Below, one piece after another: positions 27,980 to 37,564 of a stretch of DNA of 64,000 nt (its first letter is position 1; every line of letters starts with the position of its first letter). Origin of the DNA: an uncultured bacterium (lineage in GTDB: Bacteria; Krumholzibacteriota; Krumholzibacteriia; LZORAL124-64-63); NCBI GenBank assembly GCA_963727525.1, contig CAVSGO010000007.1, positions 576,001-640,000 of the forward strand, read 5' to 3'. The notes below the pieces were generated by a model, which was given only the letters and a program-made list of their open reading frames with translations, was not told the DNA's origin and searched no databases. The position numbers and the translations under genes were made by a program.

Positions 27980-28032
27980 TGGGCGCCAAGGAGGCCGGTT
28001 GCCCCGGGGATCGGATCCCGCGCGGCTGGATC

Positions 28033-28061
28033 AATGTACAAAGCTAGGTGGACCGGGGCAA
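28033..28061 (-). promoter_or_regulatory. putative sigma70 promoter of the PKD lipoprotein gene
   Basis: Minus strand TTGCCC-N17-TACATT, upstream of the 17-bp repeat array. Confidence 0.5.
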
Positions 28062-28115
28062 GGAGTCCAGGGAAAAGCCCGCTATGGAGTTAGCGCGTTG
28101 GAGGGCGCCCCGGCG

Positions 28116-29189
28116 CTAGCGCTGGGCGCGCCAGAAGAGAATCCAGGTGCCGAGGGCGTAGATCGCGTTTCCCGCCCAGCCGGCCACGATCGGCGGCAGG
28201 ACCTCGCTGTGGCCGAGGGCACGGCCGAAGTTCATCAGGATGTAGTAGCCGAATCCGACCAGGACGGTCCAGCCGAATCCCGACGCGATCGACGCCTTGC
28301 GCGGAGCGGAGGCCAGGATCACGCCGAGGAACACCACGATGAGATTCACGAAGGGGAAGGCCAGCTTGAACTGGACATCCACGTCGAGCCGGACGGGGTC
28401 GCCGCCGGTCTGGGACACGAGGTCGCGTTGTCGCAGGAGTTGACGGATGTTCATGTTTTCCGGTCGTACCTGCTCGTGGTAGAGGCCGTCGGGCGTGATC
28501 TCCAGGTCGCGGGCGTTCAGCGTCTCGAAGTGGGTGGCCTCCTCGCGATCGCCGCGAAAGATCCGTCGTGTCGCGTCGTGCAGCACCCAGTGCTGCCCGT
28601 CCCACTGCGCGCGGGAGGCGTCGAGGCGCTCCCGCACCACGGCATCCTGGAGTCCCACGACCTTGAACCCCGTGGCGACCTGCGTGTTCGGGTCGTACTT
28701 CCTTGCGTAGTAGATGCGACCGTCCGGGCCGGTGGCCGCGATCTGGCGCGTGGGGCGCAGCGTGTCGGGGCGTTTGTGGATCTCCACTTCCCACACGTGC
28801 CACATGCGTTCGTTGGTAGCCGGGAGCACGAATTCCTCGAAGGCCATCGCTGCGAGGGCGAAGAGGAGCCCGGTCACGAGGATGGGGCGGGTGATGGTCA
28901 TCAGGCTCAGGCCGCAGGCGTAGAGGGCCGTCAATTCCAGGTACCGCGCCATGCTGCCGATCGTGAATATCGTGCCCAGCAGGAGGGCGATGGGCAGCAC
29001 GGTATCGACGATGTAGGCTCCGCGGTACAGATAGTAGCGTACGACCTCGCCGATCGTGGCCTGGTTGTCGAGCAGGCTGCCGAGGTGGTCGAAGAGGTCG
29101 ACGAGCGTGAACAGTACCAGCGCGCCGACAATGGTGTACCCGAGGTTGCGCAGGAACGTCCCCAGGACGAGGCGCTGATAGAGCTTCAT
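28116..29189 (-). CDS. lptG: LPS export ABC transporter permease LptG (YjgP/YjgQ family)
   Basis: 3 TM + periplasmic domain + 3 TM; ELTALYACGLS, KLAFPF and LPPIVAGWAGN. Confidence 0.85.
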   Translation of the reverse strand: MKLYQRLVLGTFLRNLGYTIVGALVLFTLVDLFDHLGSLLDNQATIGEVVRYYLYRGAYIVDTVLPIALLLGTIFTIGSMARYLELTALYACGLSLMTITRPILVTGLLFALAAMAFEEFVLPATNERMWHVWEVEIHKRPDTLRPTRQIAATGPDGRIYYARKYDPNTQVATGFKVVGLQDAVVRERLDASRAQWDGQHWVLHDATRRIFRGDREEATHFETLNARDLEITPDGLYHEQVRPENMNIRQLLRQRDLVSQTGGDPVRLDVDVQFKLAFPFVNLIVVFLGVILASAPRKASIASGFGWTVLVGFGYYILMNFGRALGHSEVLPPIVAGWAGNAIYALGTWILFWRAQR

Positions 29190-30571
29190 GAGTGGCGGTG
29201 CCCTGCCGGGGTGAGCCGGCGTGGCCAGGTGATGCGCACGAACGTCGTCTCGCGCACCGCCCGCAGGAACAGGGGGATGCCCAGCGTGGTCAGGATGATG
29301 TTGCCCATCCACATGGCGAGGGCCGGATCGAGGAGGCCGCGGTCGGAGAGCTTCTCGCCGCCGGCGATGCACAGATAGTAGAGCAGGAAGACCGCGAGAG
29401 CCAGGGTGATCGAGACGCCTCGACCGCTGCGGCTCGTGGTGACCGCCATGGGGATGCCCAGCAGCGTGAAGACGAGGCAGGCGAAGGGGATCGCCAGCTT
29501 CTTGTGGTACTCCACCAGGAATTTGTTCGCCTTGCGCACGTAGCTCTGGCGGATCTTCGCCTGGGCGCCGGCCTGACTGGCGGCCTGCTCCACCTTGCGG
29601 CGGGTCGCGACGAGGAGGGGGACGCGCTGATTCACGGACATGGGGCTGGCGTGGCGCAGTCGATCGCGCGTGGGCTCATCGAGCAGATTCCACTGGTGGT
29701 CGACGAGGGTGGCCTGCACGGCGTTGACCTGGGCGGCCGATTCGCCCTCGTGGCTGCGCTCCTCGTGGGCGGCCGCCAGGAGGGCCGAGAGGTTCATCTC
29801 GCGATCGCTGCGGGACTGTCGCTTCGAATTCTGGATGTCCCGCTTCATGTCCGGCAGGTAGATGGCGTGGCGCTTGAAGCGGATAACCTGGTACTTGTCG
29901 GGGCGCTGTGCGTCAGGCATCTCGTGGATCTCGCCGTCATGGAGCTCGAGCATCATACCGTCGGATCGGGGGTCGGTCGTGATCTGGCCCCATTCGGCCG
30001 TGGTCAGACGCGGCGAGATGTCGCCCGGCTTCTCCTTCTCGACCAGGGTGACGTCGTAGATGCGACCCGTGAGGTCGTCCTTGCGCTTGACGAAGATCGT
30101 GAGGTTGTCGTTGAGATCGGTGAACATCTGCTCCCGCACTTCGAGCATGGGGCGCGAACGCTTGATGTCATAGAGCAGGTTGGCCAGCGTGTGGTTCGAC
30201 TCGGGGTACACGAAGTGGTTGAACGCCAGGAGGCCACCGCCAATGATCACGGCCAGCAGGAGCAGGGGGCGTAGCACCGCGTACAGGCTGATGCCGCTGG
30301 CCTTCATCGCCGTGATCTCGTTATCGCCCGCGAGCTGGCCGACACTCATGAGCACCGCAATCAGGACGGACATTGGAACAGATAATGCAAGTGTATAGCC
30401 CAGACTCAGTATCATCACCCGCGTTGCGATCCAGAACGGTACACCCTTGCTGACGAAGAGATCCATGTACTGGAACAGGGCATTGATGGTCATCAGGAAG
30501 GTGATCGTGAATAGGCCGAAGAAGAACGGCCCGGTGGCGGTGCGGATGATGTGCTGGTTCAAGAGGCGCAT
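29186..30571 (-). CDS. lptF: LPS export ABC transporter permease LptF (long form)
   Basis: DNEITAMKASGISL, HKKLAIPFACLVF.LLG.P and AMWMGN; overlaps lptG by 4 bp. Confidence 0.87.
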   Translation of the reverse strand: MRLLNQHIIRTATGPFFFGLFTITFLMTINALFQYMDLFVSKGVPFWIATRVMILSLGYTLALSVPMSVLIAVLMSVGQLAGDNEITAMKASGISLYAVLRPLLLLAVIIGGGLLAFNHFVYPESNHTLANLLYDIKRSRPMLEVREQMFTDLNDNLTIFVKRKDDLTGRIYDVTLVEKEKPGDISPRLTTAEWGQITTDPRSDGMMLELHDGEIHEMPDAQRPDKYQVIRFKRHAIYLPDMKRDIQNSKRQSRSDREMNLSALLAAAHEERSHEGESAAQVNAVQATLVDHQWNLLDEPTRDRLRHASPMSVNQRVPLLVATRRKVEQAASQAGAQAKIRQSYVRKANKFLVEYHKKLAIPFACLVFTLLGIPMAVTTSRSGRGVSITLALAVFLLYYLCIAGGEKLSDRGLLDPALAMWMGNIILTTLGIPLFLRAVRETTFVRITWPRRLTPAGHRHS

Positions 30572-30745
30572 GAACGATTCCCGTCTGGAGAACCCGGCGT
30601 CGACCGGCTAGAGTCAGGCCCCTCGGACCAGACGCGGCATGGATCGGTGGCGACCTGTCCCGGAGGCAGGCCGACCACTTTCGTGGACGCAGGTGGGGCC
30701 ACCCGAACGGCTTCAGTGTAGCGGATCGTCAAGGAGTGTCGAGGG

Positions 30746-33700
30746 TTGAGCAAGCGCCCGCAGACTCCCCAGCAGAGGCGGCGCCCCGGACCGGTGCGTC
30801 CGGGATGCATGCCGGGGCCGGGTGGCTTGCCGGGGCGGTCTGCCGACAAGGCGCTCGTGGTCATGGTGCTCGTGGTCATGGTGCTCCTGGTCACGTCCGT
30901 CCTTGGCGTGCGGCCGGCGCAGGCTGATCCCGACTATCCGGGGCCGTTGTTATATGGGCTGGATCCCGTGATCCGGACCACCGAGGATCCCCGGCTCCTC
31001 GGCGTGGCCCGCCTGGTGCTACGCCAGCGCCTGCTGGCCCAGGGCATCGATCCGGTGACCGACGGCACCCGCCCCACCCTGGAGTCGACCATCCGCCAGC
31101 GATTGCTGAAGAAGTCGGGGGTCGACCTGAAGCGCCGCGTGGAGCTCGTCGAGGCCAACGGTTTCCAGGGGTTGCTGACGCGCTTCCAGTACCCCGAATA
31201 CTTCTTCCTGTTCCAGTCGCCCGAGCCGTTGCCCGGCGGATTCACCTACACGCCGCCGCGGCCGGTGGACGCGCCGGAGGTTTCGCTCTTCGTCGACGAC
31301 CTCGATCTTGCCTTGACGCGCGAGTACGCTGTCCAGGAGGTCATGACACGCGCCTCGGACCTCTCGGTGACGGGCGGTGGGCGGACGGCGGACCAGGGCG
31401 AGGGGCTGATCAACCTGACCATTCCGGTCAAGTTGCCGCACACGCTGGAGCAGATCATCGGGCGCGGCGAGAAGACCCACATCAAGATCTCCGGCCGTGA
31501 GCACATTGCCATCAGCGGCCAGAGCACGATCAGCAACCAGTTCACGCCGAACGAGCGCGTCCAGAGCCAGTCGCTCTTTCCGGATCTGAACATGGAGCAG
31601 CAGCTCGAGGTTCACCTCTCGGGCCAGATCGGCGAGAAGATCATCATCGAGGTCGACCACAACTCCGAGGTGATCGGGCCCGACGGCACCAAGATCCGCC
31701 TCAGTTATCGCGGCGACGAGGACGAGATCATCCAGTCCATCGAAACCGGCGACGTGGGCCTCACCCTGCCTGGCAGCCAGCTCCTGGGCTACAGCTCCAA
31801 CAAGACCGGCCTGTTCGGCGTGAAGGTGACGGGCCAGCTCGGCGCCGCCGACTTCACGGTGGTGGCCTCCAAGCAGAAGGCCGAGTCGGCGAGCAAGAGC
31901 TTCAACAGCAAAGGCGGCGAGGTCAGCGACCACATCATCCAGTCGTCCGACTACCTCAACAACCGCTTCTTCCGCCTCGATCTTCCCTACATCGAGGACG
32001 GCACGGGGCACCACAACCCGGTGCTCGGCTACTGGAATCCGGACGACGGTGGCACCGCCGGCCACGGCCGCGACCTCGCGGCCGGCCAGTACATCGACGT
32101 GAACTCCATCCGCATCTTCCAGTTCGTCGGCGGCGGCCAAGCGCAGGCCACGGACGAGACGAACATCGCCGTGGCCATCGATTCCTCTGGAGTCTGGTCG
32201 CCGGGGTACCTCGGCTCCCTGACCAATGCCGACTGGCAGACGGGTCTGCGCTGGACGGAGATCCAGCAGTCGCAGTACGACAATTACACGGATGCGAACG
32301 GCGGATTCATCGCCATCGACCTGCGGCAGGAGATGCCACTCAACGCGCTGATCGGCGTGGTCTACACCGTGTTCAATGCCGACGGAACCGTCGCTTTCCA
32401 TGTCGGCGATCGCCCCGGCACCGACTCGCGCGGCCTGACGATCGACGAAACCCAGTACTATCGGATGAAGGTCCTCAAGCCGACCCAGCCGGATCCCTAC
32501 ACTTACCAGTACGTCCTGCGCAACATCTACAGCCTGGGCGGCACGAACATCGATCCCGAGTCATTCGATCTGCGCATCGAGGCGAAGACCAGCGACGCTC
32601 AGCCCCGCCTGGAGACCATCGACGGGCAGGACCCGATCGATTACCTGCGCCTGTTCGGGCTGGACAACAGCAACGGCTCCGGGGGGCCACCCGACGGCCA
32701 GCCGGACAAGACCGATACCTATCTCTTCGATCTCACGCGGGGCTTGCTCAAGTTCCCGCTGGACTTCCCTCGGCCCTTCGCCGCGCCGCTGGCGAGGTAT
32801 GCGGCCTACGCGGACTTGCCCGACAGTACGGCGCTCACCGGCACGGGATCCTTCATCAAGACCAACGTCCAGCCGGAGATCTATCAGGCGGCGCACTACA
32901 ACAACCTCGACAACTTCGCGCGCTTCCAGATCGTGTCGTCCCATGCGGCGGCGTCGAGCAGCTTCAACCTGGGCGTGACCAACATCGAGGAGGGCTCCGA
33001 GACGGTGACCCTCGACGGGAAGACCCTGGTCAACGGCGTCGACTACGAGATCGACTATACCTTCGGCCAGATCACGCTCAAGGGCACGGCAGCCGACCTG
33101 ACGGCCGACAGCCAGATCTCGGTGACGTATCAGTACGCCCCGTTCTTCGGCGGGGGGCAGACGAACCTGCTCGGCCTGAACCTCGGCTACGACCTGGGCC
33201 AGGACAGCAAGCTCACCACCACCTGGCTCTACCAGTCCAACAGCATCGTGGGCTACAAGCCCAAGCTGGGCGAGGAGCCCAGCCACACGCTCGTGGGCAA
33301 CATCAACCTGCAGCACACGCTCAAGCCGTACTTCCTCACCCACGTGGCCAACTTCATCTCGCGGCGCAACAGCGAGAAGGAGAGCACGCTGAGCATCTCG
33401 GCGGAGACGGCGATCTCCATCCCCAATCCCAATACGCGCGGCGAGGTGTACCTGGAGGACTTCGAGGGCATCGACAGCTCCGATGTCATCAGCCTCACCC
33501 GCCTGGGCTGGTCGCAGGCGAGCCGTCCGGTACACGACCAGGACCCGGGGTTCCTGCCGCGCTACCTCGAGGCCACCGGCGATGCCACCTGGGGCGACTA
33601 CACCCCCCGGAATCGTGTATCTGACATCCGCTGGTTCTTGCCCAAGAACCGCGTGTTGCGGCGTTACCTGAACCCGGCGCTGCGCGACCAGGAACGCACC

Positions 33701-36700
33701 GAGAGCCAGCAGGTGCTGGAGCTGTGGATGCAGGCCGGGGCAGACGGGTGGACGCCCGATACCTGGGGCGGCATCATGCGCGGCGTGAGCCGCACCGGCC
33801 TCGACCTCACCAAGACGCAGTTCCTCGAGCTGTGGGTGAACGACGGCACGCCCGATCGCACGCAGCGCCGCGGCAAGCTGCACATCGACTTTGGCTCCAT
33901 CAGCGAGGATTTCTTCTGGCCGCAGCGTGGGGACTCGCTCGTCGTGGGCACCGAGCAATGGGAAGACGTCAACCGCGACGGTGTCTTCACCAACGAGGAG
34001 GACATCGGCCTCGACGGGCAGTGGAACGCCGATTTGACGCACGTCGTCAGCGAGGGCGAGCCGTACGACGCCGCCTACAACGACGACGCCGATCCCTTCC
34101 CCGGCATCAACAACACCGCGCGCAACTTCCGCGAGGACTCCGAGGACCTCAACGGCAATACGGTCGTCGACAAGACGAATTCCTTCTTCTCCACGACCAT
34201 CGATCTCGCCGAGACCACGCCGCTGGTGGACGTGGATTACGACTACGCCGAGGACTACCCCAACGATGTCAACGAGCTCGTCGGCGACGGGATCGCCTGG
34301 CGCAAATACCGTATCCGGCTGGGGGACGTGATCGAGGCGGCGGTCGACGGTCTGCCGCGCCTCAACGCCATCACCCACGTGCGCATCTGGTACGAGGACG
34401 ACGCCATCGACGCGCCGCGCAAGCGCGTGCTCCAGTTTTCCGAGCTCACGTTCCTGGGCAGCCGCTGGGAGCGCGACGGCATCCGCCGCGTCGGCACCGA
34501 GGAGCTGTTGCCGCCGGCGGAGCGGGGGCCGAACGAGGAGTTCTTCATAGGCGAGGTGAATACGAAGGAGAACCCCGATTACCACCCGGCCTTCGCGGTA
34601 CACGAGACGAACAACATCCCGGACAAGGAGCAGTCGATCGTCCTCGACTTCAATCAGCTCGAGCCGGGACACCAGGCGCGCATCAGCAAGCAGGTGAGCC
34701 CGAAGGGCGACGATTACACGCGGTACGACCGGCTCACCTGGGACTGGTACAACCCCACGTCCGAGACCGCCGACGTCGACCTTTTCTACCGTGTGGGCGC
34801 CGACACGCTCAATTACTACGAGGTGCGCATGAGATATGCCGACACGCCGGTGCGCACCGGCTGGCGCCGCGTGGTGGTGAATGTAGCTGAACTTGCCAAC
34901 ACGAAGAACGACAGCGCCGATGCCGATGGGATGATTCGCAGCCACATTGCTGATGTCGTCGACGGGCGCGAGTACGAGGTGCGCGTGGTCGGGCGTCCCG
35001 ACCTGCGCCGCGTGAAACGTTTCTACATCGGTGTGGAGAACAACACCCGGTGGAACATCACGGGTTACGTGTACATGAACGACGTGCTGCTCAAGGGGGT
35101 GAAGAAGGACATCGGCCTGGCCAACCATCTCGGCCTGCGCCTGAACATGGCCGACGTCATCAAGATCGATTTCGACTGGTCGGCGCAGGATGCGGAATAT
35201 CGTGGGCTGTCGAGCGACGCGGGGCAAGGTTATAGCAATGAAGACTGGACGCTGTCCACGAACTTCCGCCTCGACGATTTCATTCCGTTGCTGGGCTTCC
35301 AGTTGCCGGTGAGCCTGAGCCGCCATAAATCGGTGCAGCGGCCGAAGTACGTCACCAACAGCGACATCGAGATCCTCAGCGCGGACGTGCGCAACGAGCT
35401 GTCCACGCTCGATGACCGCGAGAGTTTCTCGGTGCGGCTTAGCCACGAGCCCTCGCGTTCGGCTATCCCGCGTTACGTCATCGATCCCTGGTCGGTGCAA
35501 CTCTCCGGAAGCTGGACGGAGAAGACGAGCCCGCTCGACGATTCCAACGCCCGTACGCTGCAGGGCGGCGTCAACTACGACCTGCGTCTGCCGCTCGACT
35601 CGACCATCGGCCACGTACCGGTGCTGGGCAAGGTGCCCGTGCTCAAGGGGCTGTCTTTGCTGCCCTCGAAGATCAGTCTGAGCGGCAATTTCGCGGGTAG
35701 CGAGCGCAACTCTATCGTACGCGACCTCAATGGCGTCGAGACGCCCCGGCCGTCCACGAAGACGCGGACGGGCACGCTCGCGGGCTCTGCCGACTACACC
35801 GCGTTCCAGATCATCAACGTGGGGTATCGCAACCGGTCGGAGCGCGACCTGCTGCGCCCGAAGGATGTGCTGGGGGTGAACATCGGCGAGGAGAACCGGT
35901 ACTCCCAGGATCTGCAGGTCACCTTCGGCGTGCCCAAGATGGTTCAGTTCCCGTCCAGCAAGGTCTTCGCGCCGGTGCGCGCGGTCGTGAAAGGGATCAA
36001 CGAGTTGCGGCCATCGCTCACCTTCAATGGTGGCTTCGTCGACGTCCATGACCCGACGACTCGGCAGCCGGGCGATCCGCCCGACGTGCGCAGCGTGAGC
36101 AACAGTACGGCCTGGGAATTCCGCGCGAAGGTGCCGGTGGGCACGGCGTTCAAGAATCTCTTCCCGGAGAACAAGCGGACCAGCGCCGAGCAGCAGCGCA
36201 TGATCGAGGAGCAGCGGCGCATCGAACAGCGCGACCGTGCGCGCGGACGGGGCCAGCCCGAGGTGACGCCGCCGGGCGGCGCAGCCACCGATTCCACCCA
36301 GACCTTCCCCGGCCAGGATGAAGATCTCACGCCCGAGGAACGTCTCCAGCGCGAGCAGGAACGCCTGCTGCGCGAGGCGGAGTTGCGCGCCGAGGCTGAG
36401 GCCGCGGAACGGCGCCGCCGCGACCGGGCGATCGCGCCGCCAGGCGGTGCACCGGCCGACACCAGCGGCGCCCCGGCTGACACGACCGGCGCTCTGGCCG
36501 ACACCGCCGGCGCTCCCGCCGACACCACGGGCGCTCCCGCCGACACCACGGCCGCGGCGCCGGGCGGCCGGCCCGCCGCCTGGGATCAGGTGCAGTCGAC
36601 GGCGGACGAGGGGGGCGGTGGCATACACATCCCGAACCCGGTGACGCCGTTGAAGAACCTGCTGCGGAACATCGGTGACATCCAGTTCAGCTATACCGAT

Positions 36701-37564
36701 CGCAACACGTCCAGCTACTCGCGTCTGGTCGATCGCGCGCCGTTCCTCTATTCCATCGGTGTCGACCGCACACTCGACGTGCCGGATTCGGCATACGTGG
36801 CCTTCGGCGGTTCGATGGACAAGTCGCTGTCCCTGGCCACCAACACCCAGATCTCGCGCAAAGTGGGTCTGGACCTGAAATACAACCAGCGTACGGGCAC
36901 GCAGAATGCGGCCGGGCGCGTGACCCACGACTACACGCAGGATTGGCCGGATGTGCGCCTGTCGATCAGCGGGGTCGAGGAGTGGGGCATCTTCGGCGGT
37001 AAGAAGACCGATCGTACCGAGACCTGGTTCCGTACGTCGAGTCTGGACCTTTCGTACAAGTTTTCCAAGGCCGTCAATGGCTACTCATCCGACTATTACA
37101 ATCCCCGGCGCACGACCACCATCACGCCGCGCTGGAATTTCACGTTGCAGAGCGGGATGACGATCACGCTCAACGGCACGATCTCGAAGGATCGGCAGAC
37201 CAACAGCGGCACCGAGACGATCAACAACCGCTGGCGCGCCGGTCTCCAGGTACACCACCAGTTCAAGGCGCAGAAGATCCTGGCGAAGCTGGGTCTGTAT
37301 CGTCCGGGCAGCCAGCCGAACATCACGATGGACGTGGATCTGAGCTACCAGTCCAACACGAACGAACGCGTCGTCCCGGGGGCGGCCACGGTCCAGGCAC
37401 CCACGGGTCAGAGGACGCTGAGCTTCGCGCCGCGCTTCAGCTACCAGGTGAGCAAGAACCTCTCCGGCGCGATGCGGCTGAATTTCGATCGCACGTCGAA
37501 CATCGCGACGGACCAGACCACCACCTCCTTCGGGCTGGGACTGGAGGCTACCTTTGTGTTCTAG
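30746..37564 (+). CDS. sprA: T9SS outer-membrane translocon SprA/Sov homologue
   Basis: 2272 aa with signal peptide; GQIGEK.....DHN, Y.GDEDEIIQSIETG, GLFGVK...QLG, RNIYSLG, LGEEP, YLEDFEG and WGGIMR motifs typical of SprA; C-terminal beta-strand ending in Phe. Start is uncertain. Confidence 0.85.
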   Translation: MSKRPQTPQQRRRPGPVRPGCMPGPGGLPGRSADKALVVMVLVVMVLLVTSVLGVRPAQADPDYPGPLLYGLDPVIRTTEDPRLLGVARLVLRQRLLAQGIDPVTDGTRPTLESTIRQRLLKKSGVDLKRRVELVEANGFQGLLTRFQYPEYFFLFQSPEPLPGGFTYTPPRPVDAPEVSLFVDDLDLALTREYAVQEVMTRASDLSVTGGGRTADQGEGLINLTIPVKLPHTLEQIIGRGEKTHIKISGREHIAISGQSTISNQFTPNERVQSQSLFPDLNMEQQLEVHLSGQIGEKIIIEVDHNSEVIGPDGTKIRLSYRGDEDEIIQSIETGDVGLTLPGSQLLGYSSNKTGLFGVKVTGQLGAADFTVVASKQKAESASKSFNSKGGEVSDHIIQSSDYLNNRFFRLDLPYIEDGTGHHNPVLGYWNPDDGGTAGHGRDLAAGQYIDVNSIRIFQFVGGGQAQATDETNIAVAIDSSGVWSPGYLGSLTNADWQTGLRWTEIQQSQYDNYTDANGGFIAIDLRQEMPLNALIGVVYTVFNADGTVAFHVGDRPGTDSRGLTIDETQYYRMKVLKPTQPDPYTYQYVLRNIYSLGGTNIDPESFDLRIEAKTSDAQPRLETIDGQDPIDYLRLFGLDNSNGSGGPPDGQPDKTDTYLFDLTRGLLKFPLDFPRPFAAPLARYAAYADLPDSTALTGTGSFIKTNVQPEIYQAAHYNNLDNFARFQIVSSHAAASSSFNLGVTNIEEGSETVTLDGKTLVNGVDYEIDYTFGQITLKGTAADLTADSQISVTYQYAPFFGGGQTNLLGLNLGYDLGQDSKLTTTWLYQSNSIVGYKPKLGEEPSHTLVGNINLQHTLKPYFLTHVANFISRRNSEKESTLSISAETAISIPNPNTRGEVYLEDFEGIDSSDVISLTRLGWSQASRPVHDQDPGFLPRYLEATGDATWGDYTPRNRVSDIRWFLPKNRVLRRYLNPALRDQERTESQQVLELWMQAGADGWTPDTWGGIMRGVSRTGLDLTKTQFLELWVNDGTPDRTQRRGKLHIDFGSISEDFFWPQRGDSLVVGTEQWEDVNRDGVFTNEEDIGLDGQWNADLTHVVSEGEPYDAAYNDDADPFPGINNTARNFREDSEDLNGNTVVDKTNSFFSTTIDLAETTPLVDVDYDYAEDYPNDVNELVGDGIAWRKYRIRLGDVIEAAVDGLPRLNAITHVRIWYEDDAIDAPRKRVLQFSELTFLGSRWERDGIRRVGTEELLPPAERGPNEEFFIGEVNTKENPDYHPAFAVHETNNIPDKEQSIVLDFNQLEPGHQARISKQVSPKGDDYTRYDRLTWDWYNPTSETADVDLFYRVGADTLNYYEVRMRYADTPVRTGWRRVVVNVAELANTKNDSADADGMIRSHIADVVDGREYEVRVVGRPDLRRVKRFYIGVENNTRWNITGYVYMNDVLLKGVKKDIGLANHLGLRLNMADVIKIDFDWSAQDAEYRGLSSDAGQGYSNEDWTLSTNFRLDDFIPLLGFQLPVSLSRHKSVQRPKYVTNSDIEILSADVRNELSTLDDRESFSVRLSHEPSRSAIPRYVIDPWSVQLSGSWTEKTSPLDDSNARTLQGGVNYDLRLPLDSTIGHVPVLGKVPVLKGLSLLPSKISLSGNFAGSERNSIVRDLNGVETPRPSTKTRTGTLAGSADYTAFQIINVGYRNRSERDLLRPKDVLGVNIGEENRYSQDLQVTFGVPKMVQFPSSKVFAPVRAVVKGINELRPSLTFNGGFVDVHDPTTRQPGDPPDVRSVSNSTAWEFRAKVPVGTAFKNLFPENKRTSAEQQRMIEEQRRIEQRDRARGRGQPEVTPPGGAATDSTQTFPGQDEDLTPEERLQREQERLLREAELRAEAEAAERRRRDRAIAPPGGAPADTSGAPADTTGALADTAGAPADTTGAPADTTAAAPGGRPAAWDQVQSTADEGGGGIHIPNPVTPLKNLLRNIGDIQFSYTDRNTSSYSRLVDRAPFLYSIGVDRTLDVPDSAYVAFGGSMDKSLSLATNTQISRKVGLDLKYNQRTGTQNAAGRVTHDYTQDWPDVRLSISGVEEWGIFGGKKTDRTETWFRTSSLDLSYKFSKAVNGYSSDYYNPRRTTTITPRWNFTLQSGMTITLNGTISKDRQTNSGTETINNRWRAGLQVHHQFKAQKILAKLGLYRPGSQPNITMDVDLSYQSNTNERVVPGAATVQAPTGQRTLSFAPRFSYQVSKNLSGAMRLNFDRTSNIATDQTTTSFGLGLEATFVF
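36446..36550 (+). repeat. in-frame 21-bp repeat x5 (GAPADT[T/S/A]) within sprA
   Basis: GAPADTS GAPADTT GALADTA GAPADTT GAPADTT; the last two units are identical at the DNA level. Confidence 0.9.

Noticed and set aside
27528-29378. Plus-strand ORFs running through the repeat (SAPLHRRLHCIAG repeats)
   Set aside because: Translations of the tandem repeat, antisense to lptG and the lipoprotein gene.
32561-36928. 1455-aa minus-strand ORF (and 31019-32401)
   Set aside because: Antisense to sprA; stop-poor mirror frame.
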